Source of the DNA: Alphaproteobacteria bacterium
GTDB taxonomy: Bacteria > Pseudomonadota > Alphaproteobacteria > Puniceispirillales > UBA1172
Assembly (NCBI GenBank): GCA_016778985.1
Contig: JADHOM010000001.1
Span: forward strand, 173,613-237,612
Reading direction: 5' to 3'
DNA: 64,000 nucleotides
This document shows, piece after piece, positions 1 through 12,058 of this stretch. Below the pieces are notes generated by a model. It did not search any database, was not told the DNA's origin, and saw only the letters and a list, made by a program, of their open reading frames with translations. The position numbers and the translations under genes were made by a program. Position 1 is the stretch's first letter; the number at the start of each line of letters is the position of its first letter.

Positions 1-2375
<2,375 letters not shown>

Positions 2376-2389
2376 TCACAAGCGAAAGG

Positions 2390-3697
2390 ATGGAAATGCC
2401 ACATCAGGATTACTCCTTTCTCAAAATTGATGATCTGATCAATAGTGGTCAATTGGCCATGGTGCGATGGATGGCGCTAGGTGGTCAGTTACTGACCGTG
2501 CTCGTGGTATATTTTGCGCTTGACCTAGATATTCCGATTGACTGGTTAATGCTCGTCATCTTGATTTCTGCGATTGTTGGCATTTGGCATCATCTGGCTA
2601 GCCAGACGCGAGTTCGGATTAATAATTATCAGGCGTTTTTCCTGCTTGGTTTTGATACGCTTCAGCTCTTTGCCTTATTATTTCTAACAGGTGGGCTGAC
2701 CAATCCTTTTGCCTTGCTTTTGCTGGCACCGGTAGCGGTCTCCGCCTCGCTTCTATCCATGCGCTATACGATTTCGCTGATCTTGATGGCGGCATTGCTG
2801 GCTAGTCTGTTATCGGTTTATCATTTGCCGTTGCCGTGGCCGGATAAAACGCCCGAATGGCCGGGTCTATATTTGGTTGGGTTATGGGTAGCAATTGTTT
2901 TCGCAGTCGGTTTTATTGGAATTTACACAGGGCTTTTGACAAATCATGCGCGGCATATTGTGCGCGGACTGTCTGATGCGCGGGTTAATATTGCCCATGA
3001 ACAACAAATGGTCTCATTAGGTAGCCTTGCCACGGTCGCCGCGCATAAATTGGGCTCACCTCTCAATACCATTACCCTAATCACCCATGAGCTAGCAGAA
3101 ATGCTTGACGAAAAGGCCGATTACCAAATCTTAGCTAATGAGATTACAGCGCTGAAAGCTGAAACTGAACGTTGCCGCATGATCTTGGCTGGATTGAGCG
3201 AAGATGCCAATCAGATTGATCAAATGAGCCATGACCCGGTGGCGGCTATTGCCTTGGTGCAAGGGCTGATTGATGACCGCTTTGCTGATATTCGCGATAT
3301 GATTACTTTGCAGATGCTGCCTACAATAGAGGGCGAATCTCCAATCCTTGGGCGGCGGCCTGATATTATTTACAGCCTTGAGATGATGATTGATAATGCT
3401 GCGCAATTTGCCAAAAATAAGGTTACTGTAGCCCTTGGCTGGGATCAGAATGACCTGTTTATTTGCATCACTGATGATGGTCCGGGCTTTACCAGCTCTG
3501 TTCTAAATCGTCTTGGTGAGCCATATAATTCATCACGAAAAGGTATTGATGGTCATATGGGACTAGGGTTGTTTATTACGACCACGATGATCGAAGGTCT
3601 GGGTGGTAAAATTGTTATCAGAAATGTCAAACCGGCTGGGGCGGAAGTCACATTTGTTCTGCCACGGGCGGATGTTGATGTTGGATACGCAAAGTAA
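2390..3697 (+). CDS. regB: Redox-responsive sensor histidine kinase, RegB/PrrB/ActS family
   Basis: The N-terminal half is multi-TM and contains a GGxxNPF-type heptapeptide (GGLTNPF). It has an H-box (AAHKLGSPLNTI), a Cys shortly downstream (ETERCRMIL), and HATPase boxes (DDGPGF, GLGLF). A RegA-type regulator follows directly. Confidence 0.85.
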   Translation: MEMPHQDYSFLKIDDLINSGQLAMVRWMALGGQLLTVLVVYFALDLDIPIDWLMLVILISAIVGIWHHLASQTRVRINNYQAFFLLGFDTLQLFALLFLTGGLTNPFALLLLAPVAVSASLLSMRYTISLILMAALLASLLSVYHLPLPWPDKTPEWPGLYLVGLWVAIVFAVGFIGIYTGLLTNHARHIVRGLSDARVNIAHEQQMVSLGSLATVAAHKLGSPLNTITLITHELAEMLDEKADYQILANEITALKAETERCRMILAGLSEDANQIDQMSHDPVAAIALVQGLIDDRFADIRDMITLQMLPTIEGESPILGRRPDIIYSLEMMIDNAAQFAKNKVTVALGWDQNDLFICITDDGPGFTSSVLNRLGEPYNSSRKGIDGHMGLGLFITTTMIEGLGGKIVIRNVKPAGAEVTFVLPRADVDVGYAK

Positions 3698-3765
3698 GCT
3701 CACGCGCCCTTTTTTAAAACCTTGTGTTTATTGCTTTTCTACCTATATAGAATAGTAGGAAAATT

Positions 3766-4305
3766 ATGATGCATAAAACTGAACACAAACTACTGATTGT
3801 TGATGATGATGAACCTTTACTAGGCCGCTTAGCGCGCGTCATGGAGCGTAAGGGGTTTATTGTAACAATGGCATCGGGCATTGCTGATGCGCGTGAATGC
3901 ATAAAGACAGAGCAATTTACCCATGCCATTCTTGACCTTAAACTGGAACAAGGCAGTGGGCTGGATATTGTCCAAATCCTGCAAGATAATCAACCTGGCT
4001 GTCGCGTGGTTATGCTGACAGGCTTTGGCAACATAGCTACGGCTGTGTCTGCTGTTAAGGCAGGGGCAGTTGACTATCTTCCAAAACCGGCTGATCCAGA
4101 TGCTATTGTGGCGGCGTTATTGCAAAAGGGTGAGTCTATGCCGCCGCCACCTGAAGACCCTATGTCGGCTGACCGCGTGCGCTGGGAACATATTCAGCGC
4201 GTCTATGAGCAATGCGGCAGAAATGTATCCGAAACAGCACGTCGGCTGAAATTACATCGCCGCACATTGCAAAGAATTCTTGCAAAACATGCTCCAAGAC
4301 CCTAA
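3766..4305 (+). CDS. regA: Response regulator, RegA/PrrA/ActR family (REC + Fis-type HTH)
   Basis: The receiver domain shows LLIVDDDE, ILDLKL and LPKP. A short C-terminal HTH (NVSETARRLKLHRRTLQRIL) follows. The length of about 180 aa is typical of RegA/ActR. Confidence 0.88.
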   Translation: MMHKTEHKLLIVDDDEPLLGRLARVMERKGFIVTMASGIADARECIKTEQFTHAILDLKLEQGSGLDIVQILQDNQPGCRVVMLTGFGNIATAVSAVKAGAVDYLPKPADPDAIVAALLQKGESMPPPPEDPMSADRVRWEHIQRVYEQCGRNVSETARRLKLHRRTLQRILAKHAPRP

Positions 4306-4339
4306 GCATGGGGATATATTGATCATTTAAGCTGAATAA

Positions 4340-5530
4340 ATGAATAAAAATAAATCATATCACCCTGATACACTCGCGGTTCGTGATGGGGTTAACCGTT
4401 CACCATTTGATGAAACCGCCGAAGCGTTATATTTAACATCAGGCTATGTCTATGGCTCTGCCCAAGAGGCAGCTGATGCGTTTAGTGGTGATATCGACCG
4501 ATTTGTCTATTCGCGATATGGCAATCCAACCGTCACCATGTTGCAGGAACGGATGGCGTTGTTAGAAGGCGCTGAGGCCTGCCGTATGACCGCATCTGGT
4601 ATGGCGGCGGTATTTGCGACTATGGCCAGTTTACTGAAAACAGGTGATCGGGTTGTGGCTAGCCGTGCTTTGTTTGGCGCTTGTCATGCTATATTGACGC
4701 ATATTCTGCCGCAATGGGGTATTCAGACAGAACTCGTGGATGGCACCGATTTGAGCGCTTGGGAAGCTGCCTTATCAGCGCCGGCGCAAATGGTCTTTGT
4801 TGAAACACCGTCCAATCCGCTGCTTGAATTAGTTGATCTGGAGGCGGTAACAGAACTAGCGCATAAGGCTGGTGCCTTGATGGTTGTTGATAATGTTTTT
4901 GCCACTCCACTTGGTCAAAACCCTATGAAATATGGGGCTGATTTGGTTGTCTATTCAGCCACGAAACATATTGATGGGCATGGACGTGTGCTTGGCGGGG
5001 CTATTCTTGGTGCGGCTGAATTGGTTGATGAGGTGATATTCAAGTTTCTGTGTCGGACAGGGCCATCCATCAGCCCATTTAATGCTTGGGTCTTACTGAA
5101 ATCGCTGGAAAGTCTATCGTTGCGTGTTGATCGTATGGCGGCAACGGCAAGCCATATCGCCACATATATCGAACAGAATTGTCCCGATATTACGGTAAGA
5201 TATCCATGGCTGGAAAGTCACCCTCAATATGCTCTCGCCAAAAAACAAATGCATCATGGCAGCAATGTTATTGCTCTGGAATTACCCGGCGGGCAAGCTG
5301 CCTGTTTTCGGTTTCTGGATGCTCTGAACGTCATTGATATTTCAAACAATTTAGGTGATGCAAAATCCCTCATTTGTCATCCGTTTACAACAACCCATAG
5401 TAATCTTGATGCCAAAGATCGAGCCCTGCTTGGAATAACCGAAGGTCATATCCGTCTTTCTGTTGGGCTTGAACATGGCGGCGATCTGATTGACGATCTG
5501 ATGACTGGATATACCGCACTCAAGGCTTGA
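4340..5530 (+). CDS. metZ: O-succinylhomoserine sulfhydrylase-like PLP enzyme (Cys/Met metabolism family)
   Basis: The N-terminus (DTLAVRDG..ALYLTSGYVY..SRYGNPTV) and the PLP-lysine context (YSATKHIDGHG) are typical of the trans-sulfuration family. Size is 396 aa. Confidence 0.8.
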   Translation: MNKNKSYHPDTLAVRDGVNRSPFDETAEALYLTSGYVYGSAQEAADAFSGDIDRFVYSRYGNPTVTMLQERMALLEGAEACRMTASGMAAVFATMASLLKTGDRVVASRALFGACHAILTHILPQWGIQTELVDGTDLSAWEAALSAPAQMVFVETPSNPLLELVDLEAVTELAHKAGALMVVDNVFATPLGQNPMKYGADLVVYSATKHIDGHGRVLGGAILGAAELVDEVIFKFLCRTGPSISPFNAWVLLKSLESLSLRVDRMAATASHIATYIEQNCPDITVRYPWLESHPQYALAKKQMHHGSNVIALELPGGQAACFRFLDALNVIDISNNLGDAKSLICHPFTTTHSNLDAKDRALLGITEGHIRLSVGLEHGGDLIDDLMTGYTALKA

Positions 5531-5691
5531 GCTGACCCATATATTCGAAATTTCTAATATTATTACCTGCTAATATCCTACCAATTAGGTAAAGATGACA
5601 CTTCCCGTCTTATCAATTCATCCCTCTGCATCATATGAAAGGTCGCATCTGTCTCTGATAATACCCTTTTTGGATAGGTTAGGTGGTGCAG

Positions 5692-7842
5692 ATGTTGAAT
5701 GTTTTTCCGAAAAAGCCTTTATGTATTGTTATCCTTTTTGCCAGCACAGCATTAACAGCCTGTGGCGGCGGCGGCACTTCATTTTCAGTGACCAAAGATA
5801 ACCAAGGCGTAACCCAACCGCAAATTGGTCCCTTTACCCCTGATCCTAATGTTGCCGCTTTCGATCAAACAGCAACTGAATACCGCGCCACGCCTAGTTT
5901 GAAGGCCATGGGATTAACCCCGTTTTATGCGCTGGGTTTATCAGGGTCGGGGGTTACTGTTGGTGTTCTTGATAGCGGTGTTGATGGGGATCATGAAGAG
6001 TTAGATGGCAGGGTAGCTGGTGGCGGCGACTGGCAAGGTAGCGGTCAGGGGTCGGATGATCCGTTTGGTCATGGCACCCATGTTGCCAGCATTATAGCGG
6101 CGGCTCGCAATCAGCGCGGCATTCATGGTATTGCACCGCTTGCACATCTTGTCAGCTATCGAATTCTAAACGCAGAAGGAAAGTTTGGAAGCCAGTCTGG
6201 TAACGTCATGGTGCCAGCGATATTTGGTAACGCGCAGACCAGAGGATTGCCCGTTATCAATAATTCATGGGCATCAATTTATGAAATTAATGATATTTCG
6301 AAGTCTTCCCTAGACAATATCTTGCGCCAAGAATTACAGAGTTATTCACAAATTGCCCATGCGCGAGGGCCAATTATTGTCTGGGCAGCAGGCAATGATA
6401 GCGATGATCAGGTCTCAATCCGTAGTGGGCTTCCCTATCATTATCCGCATTTAAGACAAAACTGGTTGGCTGTTGTGGCGGCTGATCATCAGTTGCATGA
6501 ACCACGCTACACCAATAGATGTGGCGTGGCGCAGGCATGGTGCATTACTGCCCCTGGCGGTGGTGACAATCAATATTATGACGGTGTTTATGCGGCAATC
6601 CCTGATGACAGATATTCGCGTAAATCAGGGACATCTATGGCGGCACCATTTATTTCTGGCTCACTGGCGTTATTGCTTGAACGATTTCCCGGCATGACGC
6701 CACGGCAAGCCGCTGCTCGGCTTTTGGCTACTGCAGATTATGATGGTCTTGTAACGGCGGATGGGTGTTCGATACAAACATGTAGCGAAGCCACTATGGC
6801 AGCAGTATTTGGTCAGGGTTTAGTCAATCTTGCTGATGCTCTTGATCCAATTGGTTCAACGAGTATTGAAACATCACCTTATTTCAAATTGCCGTTAAAG
6901 CAATCGGTTTTAGTAACCCCGCATGTCCTTGGCGGCTCGGTTCGCGATGCCATAAAAAGCAAAACCATAATTGTCCGTGATAGTTTTGACAATGCGCCAT
7001 TTGCTATGGCACTTGATACAAAAATTATGGCTTCACGCTGGCGTTATCAAACGGGATACAGCCTCATTAAATCAGTAGATGGGGAAAGTCTTGGGCAATC
7101 TGGCTTTCGTTATGCGGAGGCTGGAGGGGTACCTTTATCAATCAAAATACCGGCACGGCTAATTGATCCTGGCCAAGGCAATGATGGTAATTGGATTGGC
7201 TATGAGCTGATTAATGGCAGCAGGCATCAGCAAATCCTTTTTAGTCAAGGCAGAGAGCGCAAGGTTGTCCATGGTCTGATTAGCCAACATAACCCTGATC
7301 AGAAAAAATGGATTGGCGTCGGCTTTGATCATCATAACAGCTGGCTCGATGGTCATGCTGAGGGGGCTTTTGATACGGCATCATCGTCTTTATGGGGATT
7401 TGCTGGCATCAAACAGCATACGCAAAGCATGAGCTTTACCGCCGAAGCCTTGCTAGGGCTAACACAATTAAACCCTGCAACACATAGCTTGATTACATCT
7501 GGCGATTATCAGTTTAATGCCTTTCGTTTAGGAGCAACAATTAATCAAGGAAAAGCCATGCAATGGCATCTTGATTTCATGTTGCCGCCTGCGGTGCAGT
7601 CTGGACAGATCAATTTTCGCCTGCCATCACAAATTGATCTAGCAACAGGGAAAACTCATTTCACCAATTACCGAGCTGATCTGGATTTACAACAAAGAGA
7701 GCGGCGCATTGATCTTACCCTCAATTATATTTGGTCTGAGGATGCCTTTATCTTTGGTGGATTTGGCTATCGCATCAATGATGGCCATAAAAAAGGCGAT
7801 ACGACTGAGGTAATCATGTTTGGTATTAGCAAAACGTTTTAA
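5692..7842 (+). CDS. Lipoprotein S8 (subtilisin-family) serine protease with a large beta-rich C-terminal domain
   Basis: ATG at 5692 follows AGGTGG. The signal peptide ends in lipobox LTAC, followed by a GGGG linker. The D/H/S triad motifs are VLDSGVD, HGTHVASI and SGTSMAAPFISG. About 330 aa of C-terminal sequence has alternating-hydrophobic strands and ends ...MFGISKTF (terminal Phe, outer-membrane-barrel-like). Confidence 0.85.
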   Translation: MLNVFPKKPLCIVILFASTALTACGGGGTSFSVTKDNQGVTQPQIGPFTPDPNVAAFDQTATEYRATPSLKAMGLTPFYALGLSGSGVTVGVLDSGVDGDHEELDGRVAGGGDWQGSGQGSDDPFGHGTHVASIIAAARNQRGIHGIAPLAHLVSYRILNAEGKFGSQSGNVMVPAIFGNAQTRGLPVINNSWASIYEINDISKSSLDNILRQELQSYSQIAHARGPIIVWAAGNDSDDQVSIRSGLPYHYPHLRQNWLAVVAADHQLHEPRYTNRCGVAQAWCITAPGGGDNQYYDGVYAAIPDDRYSRKSGTSMAAPFISGSLALLLERFPGMTPRQAAARLLATADYDGLVTADGCSIQTCSEATMAAVFGQGLVNLADALDPIGSTSIETSPYFKLPLKQSVLVTPHVLGGSVRDAIKSKTIIVRDSFDNAPFAMALDTKIMASRWRYQTGYSLIKSVDGESLGQSGFRYAEAGGVPLSIKIPARLIDPGQGNDGNWIGYELINGSRHQQILFSQGRERKVVHGLISQHNPDQKKWIGVGFDHHNSWLDGHAEGAFDTASSSLWGFAGIKQHTQSMSFTAEALLGLTQLNPATHSLITSGDYQFNAFRLGATINQGKAMQWHLDFMLPPAVQSGQINFRLPSQIDLATGKTHFTNYRADLDLQQRERRIDLTLNYIWSEDAFIFGGFGYRINDGHKKGDTTEVIMFGISKTF

Positions 7843-7918
7843 GGCTACATAATTTGGGGAGTTGTGTTTCTTCATCCTGTTAAGTTTTTGTTAATGGTTG
7901 CTATGTCATTGTCATGGC

Positions 7919-9274
7919 ATGAAATCATCGATTTTCACCACCATTATCATTTGTCTTTTTCTTTTATGTGCTGGCATTAGTATGGCAGATACCCAGATTC
8001 TTTCAAAAGATGTGATTGCGTCCAATAGCTCAACTATTATAGATGACGATGCGCTGCTGACCAAAGCCTTAATCATTTTAAGATTAGATGGATTTTATGA
8101 TGAGGCGCTAGCATTAGGGCTGGCGGCAGCGCGCCAGCGTGAATTGTCACGGCGTAATCGTTATGAGCTGGCATTAATTCATGTATCGAAAGGGCGATGT
8201 GATCTGGCGAAACCGTATTTTCGCAATATCTCTGCCTATAACAATGACTGGATGGCGCAAGATAGCAAACGGTTTTTGCGCCAATGTGTGAGCCAATCGC
8301 ATTACCGTTTGCTGTTTGATATCAGTACTGGTTATGATCGGAATCTGGCTCTTACCACGGAACAACATACGATTACTGCTGAGACGGGCTCTCAACTTGA
8401 CCAAACAATAAGACGGATTGAGTCTAATTTAAGCGGTATTAGCATCAGTCCTGATTTTAATATTGGCGAGCCATCAATATCGGGATGGTATACAGATACC
8501 TATGCAATCTTAGGCTATGTTATCCCCAGAGGACAGCATCGATATCGTACAAATGTCATGATATATCAGCGGCTGACATCGCCAAGAGGCTATGATCGCC
8601 GCGGGGTAGGTTTAGGCAGCGCATGGCAATATCGCACGCAATGGGCTGTTTTTGAAAGTCGCGCTAACTTTAAACGGTTGGTTTATCAACGTGGACAAAA
8701 TCTGGCCTCGATCAGGCATCAAACGGATGCTGCTCAAGTTATTTCTATTCCCCTATCTGAGCTATCATATGTGCGTTTATCTGTTCTAGGGATGCGGCAA
8801 ACGCTGCCGCGTCAACCGAACAGAACCCTGCAAGATCAAGGCTATTCCGTTGGCTATCATTACACGAACCCGCAAATGCTTGGTGCCGATAGGGATAAAG
8901 CGTGGTGGCAAAGCTGGTATACAGAAATATCGTCAAGTAAACGCCGGACATCCCCAAAAGATAATAGCTCAGATAGTTTGGGTATTACTGGTTTAGTTCA
9001 TCTTAAGCATCCCAGTTCGGCTAATAAATTACGGTTTCAGCTTAATTTAACCAAAGAAAGCCTCATCCATCCTAGGTCTTGGCGTCTTCATCCGCATAAT
9101 TTATGGCACGTTTCGAGTAAGTTAGTATTTAAGCCAGATTGGCCAGATTGGCTAGAGCAATATCCGCTAACTCTCGAATTAAATTGGAAAAACACGCGAT
9201 CGAAAGATTCCCTAGATGAAAGGCATAGATGGAATTTTACGCTTCGTTATCAGTTTGATAATGCTAAACGATAA
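7919..9274 (+). CDS. Outer-membrane protein: signal peptide + TPR-like N-domain + C-terminal beta-barrel (possible Slam/DUF560-like translocon)
   Basis: ATG at 7919 gives MKSSIFTTIIICLFLLCAGISMA|D. A helical-repeat region follows (LTKALIILRLDGFYDEALALGLAAARQ...ELALIHVSKGRCDLAKPYF). Then about 320 aa of beta-strand-like alternation begins FDISTGYDRNLALT. The Slam assignment is from remembered architecture only. Confidence 0.5.
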   Translation: MKSSIFTTIIICLFLLCAGISMADTQILSKDVIASNSSTIIDDDALLTKALIILRLDGFYDEALALGLAAARQRELSRRNRYELALIHVSKGRCDLAKPYFRNISAYNNDWMAQDSKRFLRQCVSQSHYRLLFDISTGYDRNLALTTEQHTITAETGSQLDQTIRRIESNLSGISISPDFNIGEPSISGWYTDTYAILGYVIPRGQHRYRTNVMIYQRLTSPRGYDRRGVGLGSAWQYRTQWAVFESRANFKRLVYQRGQNLASIRHQTDAAQVISIPLSELSYVRLSVLGMRQTLPRQPNRTLQDQGYSVGYHYTNPQMLGADRDKAWWQSWYTEISSSKRRTSPKDNSSDSLGITGLVHLKHPSSANKLRFQLNLTKESLIHPRSWRLHPHNLWHVSSKLVFKPDWPDWLEQYPLTLELNWKNTRSKDSLDERHRWNFTLRYQFDNAKR

Positions 9275-9312
9275 TAATTAATCAAAAAAATAATACATAA
9301 GACAAAAATTAT

Positions 9313-9328
9313 GAGTATTATAATACTC
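9313..9328. promoter_or_regulatory. Perfect 16-bp palindrome GAGTATTATAATACTC with TATAAT at its centre
   Basis: Read directly from the sequence; it equals its own reverse complement. It lies 69 bp upstream of the ATG at 9397 and 39 bp after the stop of the preceding gene. Confidence 0.3.
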
Positions 9329-9396
9329 AATGTTGATGAATAGTGTGTTTTAGGCTTTATTTTTTCCCGACAATCAGCAGATCGTGCAACGAACTG

Positions 9397-10044
9397 ATGG
9401 AGAACAATGTGGAAATCATACTCGCTTATGCAAATGTCTTTTCTCGTGATTTAATCATTGAGGAATCTCATCAACGTGACGAAACGATGGAGATACTTCC
9501 GGCAAATAGAATTAGTGAGGTGACAGCACTCATTAACAGAGGGGTAAGTCCTGCCCTAATTATTCTGGACGCAGGGTTATCCGATATCAAGGGACTAGCA
9601 GGCTTGACCCGAATAATCGAAGTAACTCGCCGTGAGGTTCCTGTTGCTATTATGGGTGTGCCAACAAGTAATTCGGAAATGCGCATGGTGTTAGAAGCAG
9701 GTTCAATGGGATATATTCCTAAGAATATTGGTATTAAAGCCTTTTTCAGTGCCATAACACTGATGATCGAAGGGCAAATTTTCATGCCACAAGAAACCAG
9801 CCACCACAATAATGAGAAGCATTTCTTACCAATTAATGATCTGACTGGCCGTGAAATAGATATGCTATCTGGTCTGCTTGCAGGTAAATCTGATAAAGAG
9901 ATTGCCATTAAATTTGGGATTGCCCTTGTCATAGTAAAACATCACCTCAAAAGCTTACGAGGTAAACTAGGCGCGAAAAACCGCACCCATGCTGTTTGCC
10001 GTGCTATTGAATTAGGATTAACCCAAGAAGCGTCAGAAAGTTAA
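9397..10044 (+). CDS. LuxR/FixJ-type transcriptional regulator with an atypical receiver-like domain
   Basis: The first ATG in the ORF is at 9397; the listed start at 9343 is a GTG immediately after a stop. The C-terminal LuxR HTH reads [22 protein letters not shown]...[13 protein letters not shown]. The receiver-like N-domain keeps LIILDAG and GYIPK, but beta-1 reads IILAYAN instead of an acidic pair. Confidence 0.8.
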   Translation: MENNVEIILAYANVFSRDLIIEESHQRDETMEILPANRISEVTALINRGVSPALIILDAGLSDIKGLAGLTRIIEVTRREVPVAIMGVPTSNSEMRMVLEAGSMGYIPKNIGIKAFFSAITLMIEGQIFMPQETSHHNNEKHFLPINDLTGREIDMLSGLLAGKSDKEIAIKFGIALVIVKHHLKSLRGKLGAKNRTHAVCRAIELGLTQEASES

Positions 10045-11987
10045 TCGCCATTCGGTCGGTTGGCCACAAGATCATCAACCACAGCAGGGTCTGCTAAGGT
10101 TGATGTATCACCTAGGCTGTCAATTTCATTTGAAGCAATTTTACGCAGAATACGCCGCATAATTTTACCAGATCGTGTTTTTGGCAGTCCAGGTGCCCAT
10201 TGCAGAACATCGGGGGTAGCAATTGGGCCAATATCCTTACGCACCCATTGCCTAAGCTCAGCCAACAAGGCCTCATCGCCTTCCAGCCCAGCTAGCAAAG
10301 TGACATAAGCATAAATTCCTTGGCCTTTGATATCATGCGGATAGCCAACAACCGCCGCCTCAGCGACTTTCGGGTGCGCGACCAGTGCCGATTCGACCTC
10401 AGCTGTGCCAAGCCGATGCCCCGACACATTGATGACATCATCGACACGGCCAGTAATCCAGTAATAGCCATCTTCGTCACGGCGACAGCCATCACCAGTG
10501 AAATAGTGGCCGGGGAAAGTGGTGAAATAGGTATTGATAAACCGCTCATGATCACCATAGACGGTGCGCATTTGTCCTGGCCATGATCGATTAATACATA
10601 GATTGCCCGAAACCGCGCCATCGAGAGGCGTATTTTCATTATCAACAAGGATCGGCTCAATACCAAAAAATGGCCGTGTTGCTGATCCGGGTTTTAATGT
10701 TGTCGCGCCGGGTAATGGCGTGATCATGATACCACCTGTTTCGGTTTGCCACCATGTATCAACAATCGGACAACGGCCTTCGCCAACAACATCATGATAC
10801 CACATCCATGCTTCTGGATTGATAGGCTCACCGACTGATCCTAATGTTCGGAGCGAAGACCGGTCATAACGTGTCACAAAATCATTGCCTTCACGCATGA
10901 GCGCACGAATAGCGGTTGGGGCTGTATAAAATGTGTTGACGTTATGTTTTTCAACAACCTGCCAGAATCGGCCCGCATCAGGATAGGTAGGGACACCTTC
11001 AAAAATGACACCTGTTGCGCCCGTCGCTAATGGCCCATAGACGATATAGCTATGTCCCGTTACCCATCCGACATCGGCGGTACACCAATAGACATCCCCT
11101 GGCTGATAGTCAAAGACATATTTGAACGTCATGCTGGCATACACCATATAGCCGCCGGTTGTGTGCAACACGCCTTTGGGTTTGCCTGTTGAGCCAGAGG
11201 TATATAGAATGAACATCGGGTCTTCGGCTCCAACCTCAGCAGGTGGGCAATTAGCATCAACCTTAGCCATTTCCTCATGATACCAATAATCACGGCCATC
11301 TTGCCAGTCGATATCGCCACCTGTCCGCTTGACAACAATGACAGTTTTACAATCGGGGCACATATCAAGGGCTTTATCAGTGTTGGCTTTAAGGGGAATG
11401 GTTTTGCCGCCGCGAACACCTTCATCAGCGGTAATGATATAGGCGGATGCGCAGTCAACAATCCGGCCGGCCAGCGAATCAGGGGAAAACCCGCCAAAGA
11501 CAACCGAATGCACCGCCCCAATTCGAACGACTGCCAACATGGCAACAACCGCTTCAACAATCATTGGCATATAAATAGTGACGCGGTCGCCAGCCTTAAC
11601 GCCGCGGGCTTTCAGGACATTGGCAAAACGGCAGACCTCGTCATGCAATTCACGATAGCTGATATGACGGCTAACCGATGGGTCATCGCCTTCAAAAATA
11701 AGCGCAGTTTGATCGCCGCGCGTCGCCAAATGCCTATCCAGACAATTGGCGCTGGCGTTTAAGGTGCCATCTTCATACCATTTGATAGATAGCGATGCCG
11801 CATCATAAGTCGAATTATTAACCTTAGTATAGGGTTTCATCCAGTCAATCTGCTGGCGTCCCATGTCATCCCAGAATGCATCAGGCTGTTCAATTGACCG
11901 TTTATACATATCCAGATAGGTAGCATTATCAACTAATGCTGATTTTGCGCGTGCATCAGATGGTGGAAATTGGTGATGTTCTGACAT
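10041..11987 (-). CDS. acs: Acetyl-CoA synthetase (AMP-forming acetate--CoA ligase)
   Basis: At 648 aa it carries the AMP-binding motif [19 protein letters not shown] and the C-terminal [13 protein letters not shown] typical of Acs. Confidence 0.95.
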   Translation of the reverse strand: MSEHHQFPPSDARAKSALVDNATYLDMYKRSIEQPDAFWDDMGRQQIDWMKPYTKVNNSTYDAASLSIKWYEDGTLNASANCLDRHLATRGDQTALIFEGDDPSVSRHISYRELHDEVCRFANVLKARGVKAGDRVTIYMPMIVEAVVAMLAVVRIGAVHSVVFGGFSPDSLAGRIVDCASAYIITADEGVRGGKTIPLKANTDKALDMCPDCKTVIVVKRTGGDIDWQDGRDYWYHEEMAKVDANCPPAEVGAEDPMFILYTSGSTGKPKGVLHTTGGYMVYASMTFKYVFDYQPGDVYWCTADVGWVTGHSYIVYGPLATGATGVIFEGVPTYPDAGRFWQVVEKHNVNTFYTAPTAIRALMREGNDFVTRYDRSSLRTLGSVGEPINPEAWMWYHDVVGEGRCPIVDTWWQTETGGIMITPLPGATTLKPGSATRPFFGIEPILVDNENTPLDGAVSGNLCINRSWPGQMRTVYGDHERFINTYFTTFPGHYFTGDGCRRDEDGYYWITGRVDDVINVSGHRLGTAEVESALVAHPKVAEAAVVGYPHDIKGQGIYAYVTLLAGLEGDEALLAELRQWVRKDIGPIATPDVLQWAPGLPKTRSGKIMRRILRKIASNEIDSLGDTSTLADPAVVDDLVANRPNGD

Positions 11988-12058
11988 TTTGCCCCCCTCT
12001 TAATTTCAATAAATCTACCTATTTTGAGCCTGATTAACAATAGCCTCAATCATCAATT

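Noticed and set aside
4306-4339. A possible SAM-II (metA-type) riboswitch upstream of metZ, as is common in Alphaproteobacteria.
   Set aside because: Only 34 nt separate regA and metZ. I could not fold a convincing pseudoknot or match the consensus from memory (only a loose ..UUAAGCUG..). A covariance-model scan (Rfam RF00521) over 4230-4345 would settle it.
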